Below the pieces are notes generated by a model. The model did not search any database, was not told the DNA's origin, and saw only the letters and a list, made by a program, of their open reading frames with translations. Position numbers and translations under genes: made by a program. 64,000 nucleotides of DNA from Amphiscolops sp. MND2022 (Eukaryota). The stretch spans positions 37,386,001 to 37,450,000 of the forward strand of contig OZ076411.1 in assembly GCA_964187785.1 (NCBI GenBank). The letters run 5' to 3'. Shown one piece after another: positions 25,550 through 37,153 of this stretch; the stretch's first letter is position 1, and every line of letters starts with the position of its first letter.

Positions 25550-26016
25550 TGTTCTTTTGTTCAACAACCTCAAAACTCAACAACTTCAAACCTCCACAAC
25601 TCCAACCTCAGAAGCGCGTCCAAAACGAAAAGAAAAAACAAAACAGACGTCCACAACCTCGAAAACACACTAAAGATCCCACTTTAGCCCCTCTTTTTTT
25701 CGGCACTATGCGACTTTTTTTAAAGTTTTTTGGATTGCACCAGAGGGTCCCCCTTCATTTCTTTCGATATTTTGCAACACAATGGATGTCAAAAAATCGC
25801 AAAGGGTCCCCCCTTTTACATTTTTTGGCACTGTGACACTGTTCAAAAATCTCATTGAAAAAATTTTTTTGGGAAATTTATTCATGTCTCCAAAGGGTCC
25901 CCCTTCATTTTTTTTTGATTTTTTGCAACCAGCTGGAGTTTCACAAAGCCCGAAGGGTCCCCCATTTAAATTTTGAGCCTTAGATATGGCGCCGACTTTG
26001 GCCGTTCTCGGCTTGT
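25550..26016 (+). mobile_element. Interspersed repeat family A copy
   Basis: Ends ttttgagccttagatatggcgccgactttggccgttctcggcttgt|ta. Internal aagggtccccc repeats. Left boundary approximate. Confidence 0.7.
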
Positions 26017-26655
26017 TACTTTCTGCCCATATTCCATATGGGAAAGGAAAATATTTGAATCAAACGGTTTTTTTACAAAATCCGCCATGTTCCAAATAAA
26101 ACGTTAGAGGGTTTATTTGAACAACAAAATTCAACTGGTGTAAATTTAGTTTCATGCGATTATCTTTGTAGAGATTTTTGGACTTTTTGGTTGACCCCGA
26201 ATGACCCAAAATTGACAGAAACGGCAAAATTTTTTCAATTTTTAGCGTTTTTATGCATTTTTGTCAAATTTTTGATAGACTTGGTGGTTTAGGATGTTGG
26301 AAACGTTTGACAAGGAACAAAATTTGTTGTCCAGATGGCCCAATTCGGAAACAATGCAGACGATTTTTTGAGAAAAAATGCCTCAAATTGTGAACAGACA
26401 AAAATTTCCAGTTTATTACGTTTTTATGCAATTTTTGTCAACTTTCGACAGCCTTGGTGGCTTAGATTGTTGAAATTGTTCTACGAAAAATTTTTTGTTG
26501 TCCAGGAGGCTTTTTGAAAGAGATAAATGCAGTTTTAAAGTAGGAAATTGTCTCAGATTGAATTTGAATTTGACAAATCGTCCAAACTTTCCAGTTTTTT
26601 CGTATTTTTATGCAACTTTATGAAGCTTTTGACAAACTTTGTGGTATAAATTGTA

Positions 26656-26830
26656 ACAAGCCGGGAACAGCATAAGTCGGTGCCATATTTAAGGCTCAAA
26701 AAACAAAAGGACTTCAAAGTGTCTAGTATTCTTTTACACTACCCAAAAAATCCAAAAGTTCAAGCGAATTGGCTCAAAGTGGTTCCGCTATCGCGGACCC
26801 CTGACGCTGTAATCCTTTCGGATTTTTTGA
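26656..26830 (-). mobile_element. Interspersed repeat family A copy (truncated)
   Basis: ta|acaagccgggaacagcataagtcggtgccatatttaaggctcaaaa..ggacttcaaagtgtc. Confidence 0.65.
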
Positions 26831-27866
26831 CATCCAAACTCTCAAAAACATAAGTTTCTAAAGTTTTCAACTAGTTGACAAAAATGTTTGTTTGAAAATT
26901 CTTCGATCTTTTTTGAAAAAGTTTGAAAATGCAAATTTCACAAACTTTTTCATTTTAAATTTCATAATTTCATGTTTTTGATATTTAGTTCCTTAGAATC
27001 AAAATTTTGGATTTTTTTAAAATTCGGAGACTCTCCATAAGTTCCCGAACCTACCGAATCGTTCTGATCGAGCACTTGTTTCGAATCAGAGCAGTATATT
27101 CGGTGTTTATGAGCACTGCGGTACATATAATAAAAGAGGCTTTAGTATTTATATTTAACAAATTGATGAATTTTACTTCGAATCAAAAAAGTTTTTCCGT
27201 TGAAATCGTATCAGCATCCTCACGAGATTTGAGGCAGATGACAGACTGAAAATTGTTCAGAAATGTTTTTTCAACTTTGTAAAAATCAAGGAAAAGTGCA
27301 AAATTGATGGAATTTCCACACAACTTATAATTTCTAACTTTTGTTCTCTTTTTCGCACAAATTTCAAACAAATATTTTTCAAAACCACAAATAATTCCAA
27401 AACCTCTTCTTACCTGACAATTTTCGCATTTGTCACAGTTTTGAAGATACTTGGCTTTGAAATTTGCAATTTCAAGCAATGGAGTTGGAATGTTTTAGAA
27501 ATTTCCTGTAGCAAATCCATTTCACTTTCATTTAGGCGGTTATAGCGTAGATTCACAGAAACTTGTTAATTCTCGGGGTACGTTCAGTTGATTCCGCATG
27601 GAAACCCAGCTTGGTAATGCATTTTTATTTGGTGCTTTTCCTAACAGAAAAATGAATTTCACAGTGGCTAGTTCGTTTTCGGTTCTTTTCGACAGACCAC
27701 AGACCTCACCCTATAAGTACCACTTCTTAGTTCAAACCTTATTCATTTTAGAGGACCCAGCGTCGTGGTTTCGCGTCCCTGCTTCAGCCGGAATTTGTTC
27801 CGTGCATTTGCGAAACCGGATAAAGATGATGGTGTCCCCTTTTGAAGTTTTTCGGTACTGTGAGAC

Positions 27867-28135
27867 TGTTATAGTATGAAGGTACGAATACAGAATTCAA
27901 CTAATTTGAAGAACTGATAATAACTCGGTGTAAAACGAGAGGAAACATTACTGTATTGTATGAAAACCATGTAGCGAACTGTGGTGACGTTCAATCTAGT
28001 GGTTAAAACTTTTATAGGTACTTAATAATAAATAAAGGTGTATATGTATTTCACTAAGTGTACAAATGTCATCTGTCGTTCAAATGTTAATTGAATGTTT
28101 CCAGAGTATTCTGTTTATGATTGAGCCCTGTCACA
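27867..28135 (-). repeat. 3' LTR of the old gypsy element (269 bp)
   Basis: tgttatag...gagccctgtcaca; homologous to 34590-35121; adjacent PPT. Confidence 0.85.
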
Positions 28136-31100
28136 CTCCTTCTTCTTTCTTGGCGTTCTGGCTTCATAAGTTTAACAAATTTATCTGTGGCTCTTTTCTT
28201 TCTGTTCTCCTCTTTGTTTTCTTAATCTTCGGCAGATGACGAACTTTGTACGATATCGGGTTTCTCTACTCCGCAGATCATCACTGGTTCTCCAACATAG
28301 TTTGGAGCCTTTCTCTCTCTCCGTGGTCGTTCCGACGTTGAACTGTTTGGTTCACTTTTGTCTTCAGGCTCTTGTTTGGTTTCCTTCTCCCACATTACTG
28401 ATGCTTTTATTTTTGCTGCTCTCATTTTCCTTTCGTCGCTTGATTCTTCTGCTGATTCTTTCCAGGTTTCTAGACTGAGGAATTCTTTTGGGAGAGTTTT
28501 GTTCCTTTTCTTGGTGTATGATGTCGTTTTGGTTTTTGCGCCTTCTTTTGATTTTGCGCTTCTGGTTGGTTATGGTGTGAACCAATGAGATTGGGCGTTC
28601 TGCTTGTTGTTGGCTTAACTTCTGGACAGTAACATGTTTGTATTTTTTTCGTCGTTAATAGTGGTTTTGGCCACGTCTCTTTTGCTGAACACTGTTGGTG
28701 GTTTCTTTTTGTTACTCAAAGGTTTTGTATGTTCGGTTTCGTTGATGAGATTTCCTCTATTTCTTTTGTATAGTACGTCCAGTTTTGTCCCGCGTGGCCG
28801 TTCTCGCACCAGCATTTCCGAGTCTTGATCCATGGGAATGTCAGACGCCTTCAATTGAAACTTTTGGTCGTTATCTGAAATATTGTAGTATTTTATGACT
28901 TGGGAGAAATGATGTTTTTTCTTGTAGTGAATTTTCTGTTATTTTGTAGTTCTGCCGGTCATTTGTTCTCTTTTCCCGGCGTAATTCGAAGGGTATATAG
29001 TAATTTTGATAGGCCGGAGTTATTTTTGTCTAGAACTATTCTCTTATTAACACGTAGTCTTTCATTTATCGCTAGGATTAGTCGTTCTACTTTTCCGTTC
29101 CGTCGATGATCTTCTATTGGGCATTGTATATGTTTTATCAGCTATTTAATGCATTTTTTAAAACAATTGTTGGCTTGTGAATGCTGTACCTGGATCGGGT
29201 GTAGTTTTTTTTGAATACCGTTGTCTGCTATGTATTGGTGTGAAAATTCAATTACTTTTTTGGTTGTTGGTGATCTAAGAAATTTTGCTTCTCGCTTACT
29301 CGTTTTACTATCGATTGAAACCATTCAGTAGTTTTTTGAACTTCTAGTCATTGTAAATGGTCCCGCAAAATCTATTGCTATCTCTTCGTTGGTTTTTGTC
29401 TGGTATTGGTAATTTGCCACATTTACGTTGTTTTAATACAGTTTTAATTGACTCACCGGCTTGTTGGCATTCGTTGCAGCTTTTGGCGAGTAAATTTATA
29501 TCCCGATGGACACGTGGCCTCCAAATATCGCTGATCTGGGGAACATTTGATCTCGTCCTAGGTGTCCCCAGCGTGAAGAGTTTTTAATTGGGGTTTGTAA
29601 TATTTTTGGAATTATAGGGCGGTCGTCAAGATAGAGCAAATCGTTTTCATCTAGCGATAATGCTTGGAAATCGTTCTCGGCACGAACTTTCTAAGATTTT
29701 TATTTTTGCTATTGTAGGGTTCTTTACAATTTTTATAATATTCGCTCTATTTGATTGGCTAATTCTATTTTGTTTCTACATTTGCTGGAAATTTGTGAAT
29801 TTTGGCTACCTTGAAAAATTTGTGTTGAATTGGTTTGTCCCATTTCACTGTGAGGCTGCGAATTCGATGGTGCGATTGATTGTTTACTCTTCTCAGGCAA
29901 TTGTGCGCTTTTGCTTCGCTTGTCACTTCTTTGCAGTTTCATCCAATGCCGTCCTCTGATTCGTCCAATCATTTCGGCTGGTAAATTGTTTTTCTTTGTT
30001 ATTCAAGTAAATTAACTGTGAACCACGTCTTCCACAAATCGGAGGCAGTTACGTTTTCTCCTTCAATTGGTGAAGGATGTCGTGACAAGTAGTCAGCGAT
30101 TCCCAGTGTTCGTCCTGGTGCGTGGTATAATTCAAAGTCAAAGGGGAGTAGTCTATCTACCCAGCGTGTTAGACGACTTGAATATGTTTTGTTATTTTAA
30201 TTTTCTTTTAACACTGTTGCCAGTGCCTTATGATCTGATACTATTTATAATTTTGTACCGCGTTGTGATAAAAAGTACCAAAATTGATATGGAGCGATTC
30301 ATTTGGTTTACTGCTCCCAAGTATGACCTTATTTCCTCTAAACTTTTTGGCTTTAATTTCTCTGTTATGGCTTTGATTTTCAAGTTTTTAGGTTTTATCA
30401 CAGTGTGGGATCATTCGTATCCTAACCATTCGATTTTATCTTGTGCGAACTTGCATTTTTCCCTTTTTAACCTTTTGCTCGCTTGGTTCAATTTTTCCAG
30501 TATTTGTTTTACCGCTTCAAAGTTTTTTTGTCTACCTTTTGCTACAAGTAAAATGTCGTCAAGGAAGACAAGTGTTGGGAATTTTGGCTAATTCATGGTC
30601 TATTGCCTTTTGGAATTCTGTAGGCATTAGGTTTAACCATAAAAACCTGTTATATATCTATATGTACCTGTGGTTTGTCCGGCAATTATTTGAAGGTTAC
30701 AGTGTTTTGCTGTACCTCCGTCCAATGGTACTTGGCCATACCATTAGAGTGCATAGGCAAGCTTAATTTGCTCAAAGCGCAATTTGTGCTTTCAATACCT
30801 CGGATTCCACGACCATACCTTTAACCGTGTAAAATTGGCAAATAACGTCATAAGTCCCGGATTCCACAAACAAGCATTCCACGGACAAGCAGCGGAATTT
30901 TCGTGTCCCGGATTCCACGACAAGCAGCAAAATAGCTTGCCTATGCACTGTAATGACGTGTATCGCTTGTCCAATGATGTGTACAATGCTTTACTTTCTA
31001 CTTTACTATCTAATTGTTCAGCTACTCAATCAACCAAGTGTTCCAAGTTAGGCATTTGGTAAATATCTTTCACTATTTCGTTATTGAGTGCACGGGCGTC

Positions 31101-34100
31101 CAAACCAGTTTTCACACTTTTTTCCTTTTTCACTGTAATAACTGCAGGTTGGATGAATTGTTTATCAGGTATTTCCTTTACTCTTTCAATGTGGCCTTCT
31201 TTTAACAATCTGTCTACTTCAGCTTGCACTGCTTCTTGCAGTTGTATTGGTACACGTCTTCTTCTCTGTTGCATTGTCTTAGCGTTTTTTTTTTAAATAA
31301 ATTCTAGTTTTATTTCATGTTTGTTTTGTTTTCCTTGCCATGCAAAGCATTTTTTGTATGTAATTTTATTCTATTTTTATTTATTCCTTCCTTTATCGTT
31401 TATATTTAATTTTTTCACTTTTTTTACTTCACTTGGTTTGTTTAAGTTATTTGATTTTGTGATTCTTTTCGTTATTTTGTTAATAACTTTGTTACCTTCT
31501 TTCTGATTGGATGAGACGAATCAGTAGTTGAAGGAGTTCAACCAATCCCGTCCAATTAGTGATTTGGTTCTGTGTGGTGCTACCAAAATTCTTGCTTTTT
31601 GTAGCTTGCTGTTGCACACCTCTAATTGGCAGAATATATATCCCAGTAATTTCAACTTCTTTTTGTTGAAGTCAACGTATTCTTCGTCTTTGGGCAGTTG
31701 TCGAATGAATAATGTTTTGCGTTGCGTAAATCTTTTATTGTCTTCGATTTCGAATAAGGTGACCGGCGATCCGGAGTTCACCATCTTTTTGAATTGATTT
31801 TCGTTTATTTTCCCCGTCATTGTATATTGTCCATTTTCGTCGCCTTCTATAGACAGGACAATTTTGTCTTCTACTATTGAGTCATTGAATCATCTTTTCG
31901 TTGTATTCTTTGTGCGGGTGGTTCTATTACTTTTCTGCTTTTGGAGAAAGTTCCTGCTTGCTTTGTTTGACAGCACTTTGCAAAATGTCCTTTCTTTCCG
32001 CACTTTGTACAGATTATTCCCATCGGTTTGCATTTTTTAAGTGTTGGGGGCTTAATACAGCTGGGCATCGGAAACAGTTTCACGCCTAAGTTGACATTGT
32101 TCACTTCACTTGGTTCCTGTTTTATTTTTGGTTTATCCAACTTTTCGAATGATTGCTGCTTTATTGCTCCTTCTTCGTATGAGATGGCAAATTGAATTGT
32201 TTCTTGCACGGTTGTCTTCGACTCTGTACAAAGTTTTTGCTGCACATCTTTGTTAGCCATATTTACAATAAATACATCTTTTACCAGGCTTTCCGTTATC
32301 CCTCAAAAGTTGCCTTTTGGTGCTAGACCATTCAGTTCGTTCCAGAACTGTCTCATCGTTTCTCCTTTTTTCTTGCTTTCTGCCTAAAAACTTGAAACGG
32401 TCAAGGGTTTTGTTTTTGGTTTCTCAAAGCATTCTCTACATCTTGGTATCAACTCTCTCAACGTTATTCTTGCGATGTTTAAGGTGGGAAATATGTCGCT
32501 GATAGTTTTTCTTGCTGCCATTCCTTGGGCCAAATATAGGACAGTTATCGTTTTTTTCCGCGGCAGTCCTTTCCTCCATGTCTCCTAGGAGACGTTTTTC
32601 TTTCGTCTCCGTTCTTTTCGTTAATTCCGTTATTGATATGTTTTTTGGCCATTAATGCCACTTCGAATAAATCTATCCATTTCTCCCATTCTAATTCGGG
32701 AGGTTTTGCAGCATCCGACCAATAAAGTGGTAGACCTGCTATTGCTGATGACATGCTTCGAGTTGGTTCGACTCGCAGTGCCATGTTGTAGTATGAGGGT
32801 ACGATTACAGAGTTCAACTTATTTGAAGAACTGATGATTACTCGGTGTAAAACGAGAGGAAACAATACCGTATGGTATGAAGACTATGTGGCAAACTGTG
32901 GTGACGTTCAATCTAGTGGTTAATACTTTTACAGGAACTTGGTATTTTCCGCCCACAAAAATGGGGGAGGAATATCATGATCTGTGATGCGTTGTTTTAC
33001 AAATTTTGCCAAAACTCCACTTTATCTCCACTGGTTTATCCAACTTTTCGAATGATTGCTGCTTTATTGCTCCTTCTTCGTATGAGATGGCAAATTGAAT
33101 TGTTTCTTGCACGGTTGTCTTCGACTCTGTACAAAGTTTTTGCTGCACATCTTTGTTAGCCATATTTACACTAAATACATCTTTTACCAGTCTTTCCGTT
33201 ATCCCTCAAAAGTTGCATTTTGGTGCTAGACCATTCAGTTCGTTCCAGAACTGTCTCATCGTTTCTCCTTTTTTCTTGCTTTCTGCTTAAAAAGTTGAAA
33301 CGGTCAAGGGTTTTGTTTTTGGTTTCTCAAAGCATTCTCTACATCTTGGTATCAACTCTCTCAACGTTATTCTTGCGATGTTTAAGGTGGGAAATATGTC
33401 GCTGATAGTTTTTCTTGCTGCCATTCCTTGGGCCAAATATAGGACAGTTATCGTTTTTTTCCGCGGCAGTCCTTTCCTCCATGTCTCCTAGGAGACGTTT
33501 TTCTTTCGTCTCCGTTCTTTTCGTTAATTCCGTTATTGATATGTTTTTTGGCCATTAATGCCACTTCGAATAAATCTATCCATTTCTCCCATTCTAATTC
33601 GGGAGGTTTTGCAGCATCCGACCAATAAAGTGGTAGACCTGCTATTGCTGATGACATGCTTCGAGTTGGTTCGACTCGCAGTGCCATGTTGTAGTATGAG
33701 GGTACGATTACAGAGTTCAACTTATTTGAAGAACTGATGATTACTCGGTGTAAAACGAGAGGAAACAATACCGTATGGTATGAAGACTATGTGGCAAACT
33801 GTGGTGACGTTCAATCTAGTGGTTAATACTTTTACAGGAACTTGGTATTTTCCGCCCACAAAAATGGGGGAGGAATATCATGATCTGTGATGCGTTGTTT
33901 TACAAATTTTGCCAAAACTCCACTTTATCTCCACTGGTTTATCCAACTTTTCGAATGATTGCTGCTTTATTGCTCCTTCTTCGTATGAGATGGCAAATTG
34001 AATTGTTTCTTGCACGGTTGTCTTCGACTCTGTACAAAGTTTTTGCTGCACATCTTTGTTAGCCATATTTACACTAAATACATCTTTTACCAGTCTTTCC

Positions 34101-34589
34101 GTTATCCCTCAAAAGTTGCATTTTGGTGCTAGACCATTCAGTTCGTTCCAGAACTGTCTCATCGTTTCTCCTTTTTTCTTGCTTTCTGCCTAAAAACTTG
34201 AAACGGTCAAGGGTTTTGTTTTTGGTTTCTCAAAGCATTCTCTACATCTTGGTATCAACTCTCTCAACGTTATTCTTGCGATGTTTAAGGTGGGAAATAT
34301 GTCGCTGATAGTTTTTCTTGCTGCCATTCCTTGGGCCAAATATAGGACAGTTATCGTTTTTTTCCGCGGCAGTCCTTTCCTCCATGTCTCCTAGGAGACG
34401 TTTTTCTTTCGTCTCCGTTCTTTTCGTTAATTCCGTTATTGATATGTTTTTTGGCCATTAATGCCACTTCGAATAAATCTATCCATTTCTCCCATTCTAA
34501 TTCGGGAGGTTTTGCAGCATCCGACCAATAAAGTGGTAGACCTGCTATTGCTGATGACATGCTTCGAGTTGGTTCGACTCGCAGTGCCA
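28136..34589 (-). pseudogene. Disrupted gag-pol of the old gypsy element
   Basis: Many short minus-strand ORF fragments carry gag, zinc-knuckle, protease and RT motifs (e.g. 31026-31274, 31521-31820, 31874-32260, 32545-32865). They are separated by stops and frameshifts. Confidence 0.8.
30786..31020. repeat. Small insertion with repeated ggattccacga motifs inside the old gypsy pol region
   Basis: Four variants of (cc)ggattccac(g)ac within 30800-30925, interrupting pol-like sequence. Boundaries approximate. Confidence 0.4.
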
Positions 34590-34838
34590 TGTTGTAGTAT
34601 GAGGGTACGATTACAGAGTTCAACTTATTTGAAGAACTGATGATTACTCGGTGTAAAACGAGAGGAAACAATACCGTATGGTATGAAGACTATGTGGCAA
34701 ACTGTGGTGACGTTCAATCTAGTGGTTAATACTTTTACAGGAACTTGGTATTTTCCGCCCACAAAAATGTGGGAGGAAAATCATGATCTGCGATGCGTTG
34801 TTTTACAAATTTTGCCAAAACTCCACTTTATCTCCACT
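32129..34838. repeat. Tandem triplication, 3 x 903 bp (gag 5' part + PBS + partial 5' LTR + 5' end of inserted Helentron-like element)
   Basis: Units start at 32129, 33032 and 33935 (tggtttatccaac). Identical ORFs at 32545, 33448 and 34351. Only a few SNPs between units. Confidence 0.95.
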
Positions 34839-35014
34839 CCACTTCGTTACTTGACTAATTTACTAAAAACTTCATATTAGTCATGTAACTAAAATAGTGC
34901 CATGGCACAGTTGGTAGTACGTGTGCCTGTCAAGCATGAGGTCATGGGTTCGAACCCGGACTGAAGCGTTACATTTTTAGCGGGAAATATCCCGGTGCTT
35001 AGCGGGCTACTTGT
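34747..35014 (+). mobile_element. Family B Helentron-associated (HINE/DINE-1-like) non-autonomous element carrying a tRNA-like segment
   Basis: 5' stem-loop attttccgcccaca-aaaa-tgtgggaggaaaat; 3' inverted subterminal gcgggaaata; hairpin cccg..cggg; terminal CTTGT. Inserted between T|T (aactt|...|taaat) with no TSD. Absent from the sister LTR. Confidence 0.7.
34897..34967 (+). pseudogene. tRNA-Asp(GTC)-like sequence with A box and B box, acceptor stem unpaired
   Basis: TGGCACAGTTGG (A box), gtgc-ctGTCaa-gcat anticodon arm, GGTTCGAACCC (B box). The 5' and 3' ends do not pair. Confidence 0.6.
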
Positions 35015-35121
35015 TAAATAAATGTAAATATGTATTTCAATAATTGTACGAACGTTATCTGTCACTGAAATTTCAATTAAATGTTTCTAGAGGCTTGTGT
35101 TTATGATTGAGCCCTGTCACA

Positions 35122-35290
35122 GAGACTTTTTTCAAAAATAAAAACTTCTCCGAACGGACCCCCCTCAAATTGTTCTGATGTTTTGCAACACACTGGAGAT
35201 TCAAAAAGCCCCAAAGGTCTCCCTTTTACATCTTTTGGCACTGAGAGTGTTTAATATTTCTCGTTTTTCTCAATATAAACCCACAAAACC
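35122..35290. repeat. Internal fragment of repeat family A
   Basis: ggacccccctcaaattg..gcaacacactggag..aaagccccaaaggtctcccttttacat resembles 25760-25970. Confidence 0.5.
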
Positions 35291-36949
35291 CACAAAACTC
35301 CTGCGATTCGGATGGTTGATTTAGACATTTTCTTGTAATTGGAGGATACTCATCCAGCCTCGTAATCTCCGAGAAGTTAAATCTAAAATCTTTGACTTGC
35401 CTTCAAAATTTCTTCTATGTTCAACCTGACTGCAATTTTTTTGAAATGTCCTCTTATGATTCTTCCACAGTCAGTTGTTTCAAATTGCTTACCTTTGTTT
35501 CTCCCGAGGAGAGTGGAACAAAATCTCTTAAGAAGTGAAACGAGGTCAAAAATATAGAAGTGGGTAACTTTGCATCTTCTAGTTTCGCTGAAACGGCGAA
35601 TAAAGCAGCTAAACGGAACTTTTACCACTGATGTTAAGGCGCCAGGATCACTGATACTCCTTTTTGGACCGTTTTGTTGCCAACGTATTTATGGCTTATT
35701 ACTGTCCAGCAGTATCAACCTTTAGCGGCATCAACGTATCGTCCGACTGAGCCTGCAAGCGTGTAGCGTCAGTCGCAAGTTATTTCCTCGAGGAACACAT
35801 GCAAAATGGCATCTCTCCTACTGCGGTAGCCATTGTGGCTGCCCCGATAACACAACTGGAATCACAACACACCATGCCACTAATAGTTTTGATTATCACC
35901 GCTGTCGTGGGGAATTATGTTTCATCCCGTGAAATGCCGTAACAATGAATGAGACGAATAAGACCCACCACTTCCAAAACAACTTTCAGACCTCGCAACA
36001 ATCTGTATCCCCTGCCCAGTCCTGAAACGTTTGAGCTTTCAGGCTTTTTGGTTATCCAAGTGCCGGTCCTCCAATCGCCCTGTCAATGAACAAGCCGTTA
36101 TTGCCGCCTTACAAGCGGTCGCCAACTACCCGACTCGGACTATTTGTTCAAGCTGTCTCATGACAGATACCTAGCCGCTACCGCGCTCAGGAGCACACAA
36201 AAAACACGAATTTGGCATACGTCGTCGAAGGGCATGCCTCGGCATGCCCACGGAATGTGGGCGTCGGAACGCTATGTGGTGTTATAATAAGGACATTGCG
36301 AGGACGTATGCGGATGGTAGGACTGATAAAGTGTTAGAGAAAGGGAAAGGTAAAAACTTAGAGATTAGAATTAGGAATCTTTTTCTATGATTTGGACTTT
36401 TTCTTTCATAAATATGTCTTCCAGTTCATAGGTTTTCATCAAAGACTGAATGCAATCGTTATCTGACTTGATGGAAGGTACTAACGTTAGGATAGAATCA
36501 CGAAACTAATCATCGAAAGCATTAATTTATAAACGAGAAGTAATTTTGTTGATAGTTTTTTGTGCTGATAGCCTTCCCAAGTCGACACAAGGGCAAATTA
36601 AAAGGCTATCACAAGATTCAGTTAACAGCTACATGTAAAATATGCAAAAAAATTGTGCAGCGTGGATCGTAGAAAGAGGATATGTGAGAATTGTGAACTG
36701 TTATTTGAATCATTTTGGGTGGTCCGTAAGGTGGCGTTAGAAGAATTTGAAGAGTTTTAAGGTACAATTATTGCCATCATATTTTTGTAACAATGCGTAT
36801 TTTTAGTCGGCGCTTTTCTTAAGAAATGAGTCCGACTATTACAGTCACTCGTTTTTTTTTAATTTAAGACAGACTCGAAGCGACGAACGTTAACGTTCAA
36901 CTAAAGGAAACTAAATACCAGGGAAACGCATGTGAATTATTCCAAAGGA

Positions 36950-37153
36950 TCCCCCCTTTGGTTTTTTACTTTTTAAACGTTACCTACAAGCCCGGACGGG
37001 ACTAAAGGGCCCCTCTTTCAATTTAGTTTCGGCACTGTGCGACATTTTCTGAAAGAAATTTTATTTTCGAAAATTTCAAGTTTTTTTTCAAAAAAATGTT
37101 TTGCCCTTTTTGAGCCTTAGATATTGCGCCGACTTGAGACGTTCCCGTCTTGT
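36950..37153 (+). mobile_element. Interspersed repeat family A copy (3' part)
   Basis: Ends ttttgagccttagatattgcgccgacttgagacgttcccgtcttgt|ta. Confidence 0.65.

Larger units (their letters stand above)
27867..35121 (-). mobile_element. Old, decayed Ty3/gypsy LTR retrotransposon with 5-bp TSD GAGAC
   Basis: LTRs at 27867-28135 and 34590-35121 (the latter interrupted by an insertion of about 268 bp), TG..CA ends, visibly diverged from each other. TSD gagac at 27862-27866 and 35122-35126. PPT AGAAAGAAGAAGGAG at 28136-28150 (-). PBS TGGCACTGCGAG next to 34589 (-). Fragmented gag (PPELEWEKWIDLFEVALMAK; CTKCGKKGHFAKC knuckle), degenerate protease (VNSGSPVT) and RT (RRVPIQLQEAV..LDARALN..YQMPN). 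Confidence 0.88.
34590..35121 (-). repeat. 5' LTR of the old gypsy element, interrupted by a Helentron-like insertion
   Basis: Matches 27867-28135 apart from the insertion at 34747-35014. Confidence 0.85.

Noticed and set aside
22136-26016. Family A ends facing inward around the last three Eph exons, like a Pack-type composite transposon
   Set aside because: The flanks share only TA, the interiors behind each end belong to separate copies, and the family appears to have asymmetric single ends.
34897-34967. Functional tRNA-Asp gene
   Set aside because: The acceptor stem does not pair and the sequence lies inside a mobile element. Reported as tRNA-like cargo instead.
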